Shown piece by piece: positions 24,504-38,152 of a DNA stretch of 64,000 nt (its first letter is position 1; every line of letters begins with the position of its first letter). The notes beneath the pieces are model-generated. The model was given only the letters and a program-made list of their open reading frames with translations, did no database searches and had not been told where the DNA came from. The stretch is from Octopus sinensis (taxonomy: Eukaryota), in contig NC_042998.1 in NCBI RefSeq assembly GCF_006345805.1, forward strand, positions 156,798,001 through 156,862,000. The letters are read 5' to 3'. A program made the position numbers and the translations under genes.

Positions 24504-27500
24504 CTAGCAGAGATACCCGGCGTTACCCGGTTACATTCAATTGAAGAATCAGACTTTTCTGTTATATATATGGACACACACACACACACACGCACATATA
24601 TATATATATGTATATTAATATAAATACATGAAAGTACATGAAGTTTGTTAAAAAAGGGGGATCATGTATATACCTCCTGGCTGTTGAGATTATAACACCT
24701 CGTTGTAAACAATGTTCCTTGTTTTTCCTTGTGGGGCATATACAAAAAGGTTTCTTTTGGTTCCTACTCTTGAGCAGCCAACATACAGTTGCCCATGCCA
24801 GAAGCAGGGCTCTTACAAGAGAAGACCAGCTACAGAGAGGGTTTGACCCTGAGATTTGTTAATGGACATGGCAAAGCTGACACGAAGGATGGACATGGCA
24901 AAGCTGACACGAAGGAGGAATTGCAGTCTTCTGAATGTAAATGGAATTTCTGCTCCCGATGGAGTAAGAGGAATTCTTGGAATAAAGACGTCATCACCTT
25001 TTCCACATCCAGAAAGAATGATCGCCTCGATAACGTGTGACATCATTTTCTTTATCACCAGTCGTGTTCCATTGCAAAGTCTTGGTGGTTCCAGATTGCG
25101 GAGTAGCATTACAGGAGTTCCAACTTTAAGTGCTAATATGTGTGGAGGTAGTCCAGGAGGCTCCAGTGAATTGAGAAATTCATGAGGATAGTTCACAACT
25201 TCATTTATATCTGGAATTGTATCAACAGACTTGTAAGTGTGTATAGTGCCGGGAAGAGAATGCATTAGCTGTTGATTAATTTTGTTAACAGCAACGTTTT
25301 TGGAGCTAATATTGCTCTTTCACACAGCCAATTGTGATTTTGGTAGTTTTGTGTGAAGTCGGGAAAGACTTTGTTTTTGAGGTCATCTACAGAATTAACA
25401 ACAGAGGAAAATGACCACACTTCCATTTGTCCTGCAGCATCGAGAGGCATCTTGCCTTCACCAAGTGTCAAAATGTCCTGTGCAAACTTTGTGGACATTT
25501 TGTCGCCGTGTAGCTGAGCTCTCATGTTAATGGTGAGACTGAGGATTGTAACACGATGCCACAGGATAGAGGACTTTAGGCATGCTTGGACTTCATCTGC
25601 TCTAGTGCCTTTCGGAATGACAGGAAGAGTTTGCCTGAAATCACCTGACAACAGAAGCGTTACACCTCCCATTGGAGCCTGACAGTCTCGGATGTCTTTC
25701 AGGGCTCTATCTAATGCTTCCAAAGCTCCCTTGTGAGCCATAGTGCACTCATCCCAGACAATTAGATGACACATTTTAAGTACTTGTCCCTGATCTGAGC
25801 TTTTGTTGATGTTGCATGAAGGCATTTCGGATGCTGCTAAATTGAGAGGGAGTTTAAAAGTTGAGTGTGCTGTCCTGCCACTGAGTAACAAAGTAGCTGC
25901 AATGCCAGAGTAGGCTACAGCTACTGAAATGTCCTGATGCTGCCTAACTTCTGCAAGGAGAAGCTTTGTAATAAATGTTTTTCCTGTCCCTCCAGGAGCA
26001 TCGAGGAAGAAGATTCATCGCTCGCGTTGGTATACACTATTAAGAATAGTTCTGTAGGCCTGCAGCTGGTCCGGAAGTAATTTAGGCTCATTTTCAACAA
26101 TGTACTTTGAAAGCGCTTGAGTGTCGTAGGTTGTTTCACGAATGACAGCAGTGGGAAGGCTATTTGACCCTGACCTGAATGCTTGTGGCAGGCCATACGT
26201 CGACAATTCATTTCCACCCAGTTTAGCAATTCTGTCTTCTATGTCAATGAGTGTTTTGTTATAGATTTCATTGCTGATACCCCCCATGTCAGGATAGAGC
26301 AGTTGAGCTTGGCGCTGAAAGTCTTCAGCCAGGTTGTCTCTATATTTGAGCCATAGAGGGGCCGGATCACACAGTTCGCATGCCTGTAGTAATACTGCAA
26401 ATATTGCCATGAGACTTTTAGGTGATTGTGATAAAGCAGCCTCTCCTAAAGTTTCATCCCACCGTGCACCATCTTCTAACAGACCTTGTCGATATCAGGC
26501 TTCTCTGTACGTTGTGCAGACATGTACATGAACAGTTTTTAGGGCCTGGAAAGACGTTGGCCCTCTGACCTCATGCAGTAGTAGACGAAGGTAGAAGCAC
26601 TCTTTTTGAGTGTATATTCGCCCAAGGCAAGTGTGAAACTTAATGCCAGGGTATCCATGAACATTTTGACCTGCTTTCCGTGAGGCCCATTTTTTTCCAT
26701 TCCAAGTGTAGTACGATGGAATCTGTGGATACAGCAAGGTTTGAGCGAATGGATCCACTTGACAAAGCTTGAAGAATGCAGTGAATGTGCTATCCCTTGG
26801 TTCCTCTGCCAACAGAGAAGCATTAGCATCGGTGAAGTACACTCTTTGACCATTTTCCAGGTGCACTGCAAGCTGTTGAATGGCGGGGTGTCATCTATAT
26901 ATATACAACTACACATAAAATACAAAATACAAAGTTATATCTTGATATCGCTAGTGATAACAATACTCAAAATATAATACAGACTGGAATAGTAGGCCCG
27001 TCTCTTGCAGCGAAATTCATTTTTGGACTTTCTTCTATCGAAGGCATTTTAACAAAAATGCTTCCGTAAAGACGGTGAAAATATTGTCAATTTCACCAAA
27101 CCGGGACAAAATTCAATTTTTAAACAATAACCAAAGCCCCTTCTCCGAAAGGGGGAGGGTTACGGTTTACAATTATTTAACAAATGCAACACAACAACGT
27201 TTCCCTGACGAGGAACCAACAAACGTGATTACAATAGTCAAACAGTAATAATAATAACAACAAACCTTTTTAATTTATGTGAAACCACTTATTCAAGTTC
27301 AAGTCATTGATGCAATTTTATACGAATTGCTAATACACACACGCACACATAATATGGGTGAAAAATTGAATATTAATTTGATTAATATGAATTGAAAACT
27401 AGTGGTGTAGCATATAAGACCATAGCGGATCTTCTAGCAAAATGGATGACCACTGTTAATGGTTCATCCCTGTTATATAATACTTTCACTTTAATAGTTT

Positions 27501-27765
27501 CAGTATTAAAGTGAAAGTGTCTGCATTACAACAGAGAGGTTTTTGTTTCACTTTTAACACGTAATACTAAAATAGCGGAGAAGATATGATATTGCTGTGG
27601 GGTCGCCCTAGGGAAAAAGTAAAATTTTTTTGTAAATGACACTCCCCGGACCTTAAGTAAGGCATGTGTAAAATTTGAATGAAATTGGTTGTGTAGTTCT
27701 CAAGTTTTAGGGAAACACACAGACAAACAGACAGACACACATTCTCAGTTTGATATATATAGAAG

Positions 27766-27766
<1 letters not shown>
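24504..27766 (-). mobile_element. Helitron, internally deleted (Rep core lost, PIF1 helicase frameshifted), both termini present
   Basis: 5' A|TCTTCTATATATATC at 27766. 3' CCGGGTAACGCCGGG..CTAG at 24504. LAVHLENGQRVYF, DAPGGTGKT, GRTAHSTFKLP, WDECTM, GDFRQTLPV and SINKSQGQTL motifs. Confidence 0.9.
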
Positions 27767-27831
<65 letters not shown>

Positions 27832-27861
27832 ATATAATATGTGACAATTATTCAGGTGCCA

Positions 27862-27924
27862 TAATAAAACTCCGAGTTTCGGATGTTAGGGCAGAAATCT
27901 GCTCCGGCATCTCGTTAGTTATTA
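27862..27924 (-). ncRNA. Type I hammerhead ribozyme-like motif, second family member (core G5A)
   Basis: Minus strand: TAATAA-CTAACGA-GATG..GCAGatttCTGC..CATC-C-GAAA-CTCgGAG-TT-TTATTA. Confidence 0.55.
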
Positions 27925-29144
27925 AAACAAACAAGAATGCTATGAAAATGACTATTAAACAAAGGGAAATTACCATGAAGATGACAGTTATTAAGACAAA
28001 TAAACGTGCTATTAGAATGACCGTTAAATAAAGGGAGAAAACCCGAAAGGGGAGAAATAAAAAATGCTCATAGAATTCGCATATGCGCACATGTACATAC
28101 ATACACATGCACGCCCCCCCACGTACATGTGCCTATATGCATATGCTCACTCACACTCGCATGAAACACATACATGCACACCCACACACACACCTATATA
28201 TACATATATATGCAACCATACACATGTACACATATACATGTCCGCGCACACGCACACGTACACATGTATATATACCCATATGTGCACAATTATATTCATA
28301 TACACGTCTAAATATGCATATGCTATATATGCATATATGCTCACTCACACTCACGGGAAACACATACATGCACACCCACCTATATGTATACATATATATG
28401 CAACCATACACATGTACACATATACATACCCACACATACATGCACACACACAAACACACACGTCTATATACCCATATGTGCACAATTATGTTCATATACA
28501 CATCTATATACACACATGCACAAAAATGCAGGGTGAAAGGTAATATACAGAAAAATATGTAAAGATATATAAAGCAATAAAAATATATAAAAATATATAA
28601 ACAAATATATATAAAAAATAGAGAGATAAAATGCTCGTAGGTGGACACAATATAAAAAGCAGGTTCTATCTGTGATCTTGGGGGACCAAAAACGTTGTTG
28701 TATTCCCTATCTATAGGCTTTACAAATATGATTTTCAAAATCCATGGATTTTAAAGAGAATATTAATACATGAGTGACATACTCAAAAACGTTTCATGTA
28801 AATGGATTTAAGGGGTGTGAGTGTGTGTGTGTGTACATCTGAGCATGTGTGCGTGCGTGTCTGTAGTATATAAAAAGGATCAAAATCCAAGGTGCATCCT
28901 TAGGATGCGCATCTGCGAATACTGGCTACCAAATATATATTTGTAGTGGTTTTTCTTTAATAAGAACTTGTATCCATGTAAGTTGAAATTCCTTGTCAAG
29001 TATATTATTCACACAGACGGGGTTGTTGAATGAAAAACTGAAATGTATGTTATTTTTTATTCTGTAGTTACAATTGTTTCAATACAAGTTGGAAAGTCTA
29101 TTTTGTGAACTTAATTATTAATATTAACATGAATATAAGGAATT

Positions 29145-30545
29145 CATCATCATCATCATCGTTTAACGTCCGCTTTCTATGCTAGCATGGGTTGGACGCT
29201 TTTGACTGAGGGCTGGCGAACCAGATGGTTGCACCAGACTCCAATCTTCATTTGGCAGAGTTTCTACAGCTGGATGCCCTTCCTAACGCCAACCACTCCG
29301 AGAGTGTAGTGGGTGCTTTTTACGTGCCACCGGCACGGGGCCAGTCAGGCGGTACTGGCAACGACCTTGCTCAAATCCTTTTACACATTCCACCAGCACA
29401 GGTGCCAGTAAGGCGACTTTGGTAACGATCACGCTCGAATGGTGCCCTTTTACGTGCCACTGGCATGGAAGCCAGTTGGCTGCTCTGGCAACGATCACGC
29501 TCGGATGGTGCTCTTGGCACCCTACTAGCACGAGCATAAGGGCCAGTAGGGCGACGCTGGTAATGATCACGCTCGAATGGTGCCCTTTAAGTGTCACTGG
29601 CACGGAAGCCGGTTAGCCGCTCTCTCAATATCACGCTCGTATGGTGCTCTTTGCACCCTGCCCACTGACGCCAGTCATCGAATTTGATTTTGATTTTGCT
29701 TTTGATTGATTTGATTTCACTTGCCTCAACAGATCTTCGCAAGCAGAGTTTTAGTGTCCAAAGAAGGAAAAGGTTACGCATAAGTGGGCTGGTTACGCCC
29801 CTGGCATAGGCCATGAGATTATGGTTTCATTTGGCTTGCCGGATCTTCTCACGCACGGCATATTTCCAAAGGTCTCGGTCACTAGTCATTTCATTGGTGA
29901 GGCCTAAAGTTCGAAGGTCGTGCTTCACCACTTCATCCCAGGTCTTCCTGGGTCTACCTCTTCCACAGGTTCCCTCAACCGCTAGGGTGTGGCTCTTTTT
30001 CACACAGCTGTCCCCGTCTATTCTTGTCACATGACCATACCAGCGCAATCGTCTCTCTTGCACACCACATCTGATGCTTCTTAGGTCCAACTTTTCTCTC
30101 AAGGTACTTACACTGTCGAGTATGCACACTGACATTACACATCCAGCGGATCATACTGGCTTCATTCTTTGTGAGCTTACGCATGTCCTCAGCAGTCACA
30201 GCCCATGTTTCACTGTCATGTAGCATGGCTGTTCGTACACAAGCGTCATAGTCTACCTTTTACTCTGAGCGAGAGGTCTTTTGTCGCCAGCAGAGGTAAG
30301 AGCTCTCTGAACTTTGCCCAAGCTATTATTATTCTAACAGCTACACTTTCAGCGCAACAACCTCCGCTACTGACTTGGTCCCCTAGGTAACGGAAGCTAT
30401 CAACTACTTCTAATTTTTCTCCCTGGAATGTGGCGGAAGTTGGTCTCTGCGCATTTTCAGTGTTTATTGCTCCTGAGCACCTGCCACATACAAAAACTTT
30501 CTTCCCAGTTAGCCTCCCTTTGATATTACTGCACCTCTTATGTGT
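29145..30545 (-). mobile_element. RTE-clade LINE 3' fragment with (GAT)n tail
   Basis: WTHKRCS..CGRC, LEVVDSFRYLGD, AWAKFRELLPLL, RRLRWYGHV..GRGRPRKTW. The 3' UTR ends in (GAT)n. Confidence 0.85.
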
Positions 30546-30741
30546 CCATAATATATATTTATTGACTTCATTTTTGTATTTGGTTCGCAAGGTTCTTTAT
30601 GTGAATTCATGTGTTGAAGCATACTTTGTTGTGTCTAGGGAGAGTCATTCTGTTTTAATACCTTATTAATTAATCGAACTATGCAATGGTTCGATTTCCA
30701 CTCATTTACTTATCTATTCATTTATTCTTTTACTGGTTTCA

Positions 30742-31218
30742 GTAATTTGACTGTGGCCATGCTGGAGCACTGCCTTTAGTCAAACGAATCGACCCCAGGA
30801 CTTATTCTTTGTGAGCCTAATACTTATTCTATCGGTCTCTTTTGCTGAAGCACTAAGTTACGGCAACGTAAACACACCAACATTGGTTGTCAAACGATGG
30901 TGTGGGGACACAGACACACAGACATGTATCTCTATCTATCTATCTATCTATCTATACATACATACATACATACATACATACGTACGTACGTACGTACGTA
31001 CGCACGCACGTACGTACGCACGCACGCACGTACGTACGCACGCACGCACGCACGTACGTACGTACGTTGGGCTTCTTTCAGTTTCTGTCTACCAAATCCA
31101 CTCACAAGGCTTTGGTCAGCCTGAGGCTATAGTAGAAGACACTTGCTCAAGGTACCACACAGTGGGACTGAACCCTGAACCATGTGGTTGGGAAGCACGC
31201 TTCTTACCACACAGCCAG
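30742..31218 (-). mobile_element. Bipartite tRNA-headed SINE with internal microsatellite (related copies about 45685-46005, 49985-50095)
   Basis: Head GGCTGTGTGGTAAG..GGTTCAGTCCC (A/B boxes), conserved GCCTTGTGAGTGGATTTGGTAGAC block, and tail GGCAGTGCTCCAGCATGGCC..GAAAC. Confidence 0.75.
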
Positions 31219-31363
31219 GCCTGCACCTATATATTTATTCTTTTTCTAAATAATGAAGAGGTTGCAAGAAGCAACGAAAATTTTAGAAGAAAAAATGTAA
31301 ATGAGTGGAAATTAAATGTAATGACTTTCCCCAGATACACCAAAATATATATAATTCTTAAAC

Positions 31364-31476
31364 AAGAATATTGTTGATAGTGACTTCGAAGTTTCGGTCA
31401 GCTAAGCCATCAATGTGCACAGTCCGATGATGGCTTAGTTGGCCGAAACTTCAAAGTCATTGTCAATAATATTCTT
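31364..31476 (+). ncRNA. Minimal hammerhead motif (31418-31463) inside a 49-bp inverted repeat
   Basis: ACAGT-CCGATGA-T-GGCttagttgGCC-GAAA-CTTcaAAG-TC-ATTGT. The left arm is an inverted partial copy with the palindrome ACTTCGAAGT. Confidence 0.55.
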
Positions 31477-33559
31477 TTTGAAAAATACGAAGTGTGTATA
31501 AAGCAATGATTCCCAACGTGGTAAAATTGTGGTGGGAGGTGGGATCCCCCCCCCTTTGTTTTATTGGGACATGGAAACATGTTACACCTATACTCAGCCT
31601 AGCCAAACCAATCCTTCCATCCAAGCGTACTGTATGGAGACTGTTTGCTACATTATAGCACTATTCTAATGCCCTAGTGTGGATATTTCTTTAGGGAAAG
31701 TATATAATTTCTTGAAGGAAAGAAACATCAAGTTGTTCGCTATCTAAGAGAAAGAGAAAAAAAATGTCCCTAATACTTGACTGGTATTTTGTTCATCAAT
31801 CTTGGAAAGGATGAAAGGTAAAGTGGACTTTAGTGGGATTTGAATTCACAATGCAAAGAGCCTGAATAATTGCCACAAGCATTTGAGTAACACTCTAATA
31901 TATCTGCTTTTTCCAAAGTTTTAAGTTTGCCTCTCTTGCTCCTTACTTCAAATTTCGATGAAAGATACAAGAAAGTAGCTGACTACGTATTCAGTACATC
32001 TTTTGTCTTGTGTTCAGATGTCCCTGGAGTCAACTTCGTCTTTCATAATCAAGATCAATAAAAAGAAATGGCAACTTTCTACTGTCACATTATTTGACCA
32101 TTTAGATGATTTATTTCCATAGTCATATTTCAAGTGCAGATATAACTCTGTAGTTAAGGAAGTATTAATAGCTTCGTATTGTTGAATTCCACTGCACGGC
32201 ACCTTAGATACGTGTTTTTTTAACCATAGCTTTTAACCAAAGCCTTGGAGGTGAAACTTGGGGAATGAAGGCTTCTAAGGGAAACCATTCCTGTTCTTTG
32301 GTGCAAAGACCTATTTTGTTGCCCAATTTAACAGTACCAGCTGGCCCTTCAGTGTCTATAGTGAAGACTGCTTTATAGCAATAATTCAAGGTATGAGAAT
32401 AGTTTTCTTGATTCCATCCAGCAGTCTCAGAGGCCCTGAAATGTATTATGAGTACTGGCCTTCTCTAATTCAGTGATGAAAGATTTTATCCTTGTCTTGC
32501 TTTCTATTTTAGTGATCAGTTACTATTCTTGGCATCTTTATGATTTTAGTTGAACTGAGCAACACAAATGCAAGCAGCTAATCTACTTGACACTTAACCA
32601 GCTGTGACTCTTATTTCTTAATAACATTACTTCTACTAAGAAAGCTTGGCATATTTCTCTTTTATTTTGATTCTTAAGTACATCTGTATAGTTGTTTTAA
32701 GAACAAATTTAGAACAGGCCATATGCTTTGTGCAAATCTCTGGTAATGTATTGCTTGGATAATTTCTGGATTTGTTCCAACTCTTTCTTAAACCAAACAC
32801 ATGGCTTTAATCCCATCAATATCTACAGACATTATATATCTCTATTTTGATCTTGATGTGTGAGAAAAGATGTAATAATTTTTATTGACAAAAATAAAAA
32901 AAATGGCAAGATGTTTTCCATAGGGGAAAGAACCAGAATGTTTTTAAAATATTGGAAAGAAACCAAATAATACATGAAGTATATCGTTATTTAGAGAGAG
33001 GGGGAAAAGAAGGAAAGAAAGAGAGAGAGTGAAATGGACAGAAAGAGTGAGAGAGAGTGAGAGAGAGAAAGATAAAGAAAGAGAGAAATATTTCAAATAG
33101 GCTCACTTCTGCTTAAGGTTATTTTCTTTCTTTTATCTGGTGCCAAAATATTTAAATCCCAATGAAGCATTGTATTTAGTTTCAAATAGATAGAACAGCG
33201 CATTCTGAATAATCATGTGGTCAATGTTTTAGAACTTGATAATAGTTGTCTCATTTTTGTGGGATGTTCTCAAACATGTGAAGAAACTCAGCCCTGAAAT
33301 CAATAAATTTATTCATTCGATAAAAAAATTTAATTTGAGAATATTGTTGGGCAAGTGACTATTAAACTGTTGTTCCAATTATAAAGCCAGATCTCTGTCT
33401 GTTTTTCTGGCGAAATATACTACCCAAATTCATGAAACTTGCCTCCTTATAGGAAATAAAATAGAAAGCATTACAATATTCATATTTACTAAAATTCCAA
33501 AATAAATTTTAAAATAATTTTTAAAAAAAACACACAGAGCCAGAAACCCCCTGTTCAAA

Positions 33560-34570
33560 ACCATAACACCAGGTTGAATAATGCTGCAAAAACGATATAT
33601 TTCAATGATATTCTCATGCAATACATCAACAATAGTGTGTTTGACCACCACCTTCCTGAATTACTTCAAAAACACATTATTTCATGCAATCAATCAATTT
33701 CTGGAGCAGATCAAATGGAAGCTCTTCCCAGGCCTTTTTATTGCTGTTTTGAGTTCATCAACAGATGAATACTGCTGGCCTTCAGTATACATAATGTTCG
33801 TGAGCATTCTCTATAGGAGTAAGGTCGGGAATTCTTTCTGGCCATGGCATGACTTCAACCTCGATTGCTTGGTATAAATCCAAAGTTGTCTTTGCTTTAT
33901 GAATAGAAGCACTGTCCTGTTGAAATACAAAATTCTTTTTTTATCAATATGAGCCTCATCCAACATATCGATGTAACATGCAGCATTGAAAAGGCCATCC
34001 ATGATGACATATGGCAGCTCCCCAATGGCAAATATTGCTCCCCACATGACAAACCTCCTCCACTATTCTGCTGCTTGAAATAAGTAAAATTTTGTATACA
34101 TTTATCTGCCCAGCAATACCATCAGAGCCATCCAAATTTCATTTTTTCTCATTGGAGAACAGAACCCTGTTTATTTACTATCCCACATCTGATGCTACTG
34201 AGAAAACTTGAATCTAACAGTTTTGTGGAAAAGGGAGAAGAATGGATGCCCAGCCGCTTCTTCAAGTGGAAACCATGGTTCAAAATCACGAGGCTCCTAC
34301 TCCTGCTGATGCCTTTATTTTGAAAACAGAAGAGCAGTGTAACTTCTTCACAGCTCTGACAATGGCCCTTACATCCCTCTGATGTAGCCTTGGTACTTCC
34401 AGCAGCATGAACCCTGTTGTAACTACCAGTGTCTTTCAGAAAATTCTCCACTGATGTTCTGCTTTGCTGAATCTTCTCGGCAATCTTCCAGTTACTCATT
34501 CTTTCTGCTTTCAGTGCAAGAATCTTTCCTTGCTCAATTTTGGAAAACTTTGTAGCTTTAGGCATACTGG
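33560..34570 (-). mobile_element. Tc1/Tc3-like transposase pseudogene
   Basis: MPKATKFSKIEQGKILALK..KIAEKIQQSRTSVENFLK (HTH), MWGA..G..NAACYIDML, VMPWPERIPDLTPIEN. Frameshifted; TIRs not resolved. Confidence 0.75.
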
Positions 34571-35206
34571 AAATGTGATCTGGATCATGATGAATGTGAC
34601 TGAATTGAATATTTTCTTACTAAACAAAATAACCATTATTTTCATGTGCTATATGCTATACCATTCTATGACCAAAAGTAATTAAAAGGACATTTCAAAA
34701 GAATATCGTTTGTCAACTCAGATAATGAACTCCAACAGCAGAAGAGCTGTACTTGTTGACTCTCCTACATCTGAATTCATTTAGGGGTCACCTGCTGTGA
34801 CTAAGTTCAAACCAATGAACTATACAATGCATCCCCACATCTGTATACTCAAATATCAAATGAAGTCTAGTATCACCACATACCTCCCTCTCTTTCATAA
34901 TTACCATTCCTTTCTCTCTTTCCATCACCTTCTACCCCTCCTCACCAAATACATACAGAACTGTCCAATTAACCCTTTTTTCATTGGTCAAAATTGATAA
35001 CCTTCAGTCCTGAGGAAATGAACACATGAATGGGATCAACTCGATGTCCATGGATACTTTTGACTGTACTATAATCATCCCATGAATATGGACTATGATT
35101 GTAAGAAACATGTGATTTATGAAAACACGTATAGCGATGTATCAAAATATTTGTAAATTCCATTCATGGATTATTATTATTATTATTATTATTACTATAT
35201 TTAGTG

Positions 35207-35420
35207 CAGCGAGCTGGCAGAATCATTAGCATGCCAGGCAAAATGCTTAGTGGCAATTTGTCTGTCTTTATCTTCTGAGTTCAAATTCTGCTGAGATCGA
35301 CTTTCATCCTTTTGGGGTTGATAAAATGATACCAGTCGAGAACTGGGGTCAATGGATTCGACTAGTCCCCTCCACTGAAATTTCAGGCCTTGTGCCTATA
35401 GTAGAAAGGATTATTATTAC
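35207..35420 (+). mobile_element. tRNA-type SINE
   Basis: GCGAGCTGGCAGAATCATTAGC..CTGAGTTCAAATTC..TACCAGTC..GGGGTC..(ATT)n tail. Confidence 0.75.
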
Positions 35421-37080
35421 TATATTCATCCTACATTATATGGGGATAGCTCGGTACACGCCCATTAAACTGCTATTGTCAGTTAGTCTCATTAGGCTGT
35501 AGCCAGCTTAATGCAATAAGGGTTTTTACATGCATATTCAAAAACATTTCCCATAAACGAACATAAAGGATATATATGTATGTGTGTATGTGTGTGTGAG
35601 TGCATGCATACATGAATGAATAAATGAATGAATGAATGAATGAATGAATGAATGAATGATGATGATGATGTTAGAAATACAGATACAATGAATGATAAAT
35701 AAAAATAAAAATCTACATGTTGTGGAACCATTCTGAATATGATATTTCAATAGAAGACAGTACAGAGAAAAGGCTGCTGAAGAGCCAGTAAATAATTTCA
35801 TTCCCAGTTTGTGGTCAACTACTTTGATTATCTATCAAAATTATAAATTTATATCTGTATCCAAAATTACTGATAATCTGGGAAAGATGCAGGAGTTGCA
35901 TTGACCAATAAAACTGTGCTGTCAGAAGTACAACATAAAACTAAGGCCGTGTTTGCAGTCTGATGGAGCTCAAAAAGATAAGCAAAGACAATGGTTACAG
36001 TCTAGTGAATCTTAAAAATATATTAGATTCTGCTTCCTGCTCATGAAAATACTTCATTAATATCCTAACCAAATTCACTAAAAGAAATTGGTTGCATGAA
36101 ATTTTTCCTAGGTTGTTTGGAAGATTTATTTCAAGGAAGCAGTAATTTTGTAAATCCTATGAATTAAATAAAAGAATTATCAATTTATATAATTTATGTT
36201 GAAGATGTGAAGGTGAAGGTTGTGACTGGTGAAATAACAAGCACCAATCAGAAACTGCCATGAGTGCTAAGAACATAAACTGCATGTTGACCTGGTTACC
36301 ATGGCTTCTTAGAACAAAAGTAGGGACTTTGTTCAAGATAAGTGTACTTACATGATTTTGATATGGAGTGAAGTATTAAATCACTTTGATAACTTTTTCA
36401 CTAATTGTCTATATCTCTAATGTCTGCTAATAAATACAAGTATTTGACATATGATTGTATTTTAAGCAAAAGGGATGGGATACTAGCAGTTGAATTTTCA
36501 AGAAATCAATTGTTCTTTGATGTACTAAAGGTTGTGTAAGTTGATTGGATGAAAGGTATCTATATAAAAACTCAGGAAGCTACTAGCTATCATCAGATAC
36601 TCTCAACTAACAATCTTAACTGCAAATGGAGACAAGAAAATAATGATTTCATTTATTAACCACTAACCATCATAGTTAACTCATGAAGACAGTCTGTACA
36701 TGTAAGAAGAATATCAGCATCAGGGTCAGAATGAATTTCAAAGTCAATAATTTGTCACAGATGATTATCAATAGCCGGACAACTTTACCGCAATGAAATG
36801 TTGCAAGACAAATTTTCAGTTATCTACAGTAAGGAAAGCACGACCATAGATTTGACAATAAAACCTTACTGTCTTAATAGAAGACAGAGTAGTCTCAGCT
36901 GGAATGTACAATCAAGGTTGATCTTGGTTAAAACAAAAACAACATTTGAACAATATAGCCTGGTCAAACAACTACATTATTTCTCATTGATGGAAACAAC
37001 TTTAAACAATCCATGAGCAAGAAACCTCAGTGACATTCCTCTCAGTTTAATAAAAACAGTATTTAATATAACAAACAAAG

Positions 37081-37285
37081 GTGACGAGCTGGCAGAATTG
37101 TTAGCACACTTAGCAAAATGCTTAGTAGCATTTCATCTGTCTTTAAGTTCTGAGTTCAAAGTTGGCTTTGCTTTTCATTCTTTTGGGGTCGATAGAATAA
37201 ATACCAATTGAGCACTGGGGTCAATGTAATTGACTTACCCACCCCCAAATTTCTGGCCTTGTGGCAACATTTGAAACCAATATAA
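37081..37285 (+). mobile_element. tRNA-type SINE
   Basis: Same family blocks as 35207. Confidence 0.75.
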
Positions 37286-38102
37286 TATAACTAACATTCA
37301 GGCAAGATCCCAACTCTTAGCTCACCTTTTCTTTTCTTATATTGCATGCAGAAATTTTACCTCTAATGTTTAGGCAGGGTATCAACCACACCAGTCTGTT
37401 TAGTCCTGCAAATGTCATTGTCATTCTTTCTTGACTAATTTATTTTTTTAAAAATAGACATATAACTAAGAAATAGTGGCACAATTTAGCATTGGCAATT
37501 GTAAACAGAGTAAACTCAGCTTCTGAAACAGAGACTGTCCCATCCTGAAATTATTTGTTTGGCAATGCATATATTAGCATGTATATTTAAAAGAAATGCT
37601 TGTTGACAGTTAATGAAAAATATATAAATTCTTTACCTGGTCAAGGAAATTCTAAAGCCAGGCTATTAATATTCACAATTATTGACTCACATATCTAGTA
37701 TCACATCATTAATCTTGAAAATAGATTTTTCTAAACACAAATTCCCAAGGCTGTGTATTAAAAACTTCAGATAATCTCTTCAGATAATCTTAATCACAGG
37801 TTTTATTACATAAAAAACCCTGCAAAACCATCATCATTTGCTTAATTAGGTGTAAAGTATAGAATAATTGAATAATATTTGACTTATTTCAGATACTCTT
37901 TCCTATGCTGTGAATCACTTTGTCTTGAGCTTTAACCTTATATAAATCTGCATTCATGAAAGGATAAAAAAAAAGGACTGTATTTTGCAGTCTGTAAAAT
38001 TTTTCCATTATTAGTTGTGTACAATTTTTTATTTGTACCATGGACTAACAAGTTTTACATGCCATAAGCCAAAGAATCAAACATTACAAAATTTGTTGTC
38101 TA

Positions 38103-38152
38103 AAAAAGTTTGGCTAAAAGAACAAAATATTGTTCTTTTAGCCAAACTTTTT
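38103..38152. repeat. Perfect 23-bp inverted repeat with 4-nt loop
   Basis: AAAAAGTTTGGCTAAAAGAACAA-aata-TTGTTCTTTTAGCCAAACTTTTT. Confidence 0.85.

Noticed and set aside
32000-32830. Degraded LINE-like coding remnant
   Set aside because: No diagnostic motif could be read with confidence.
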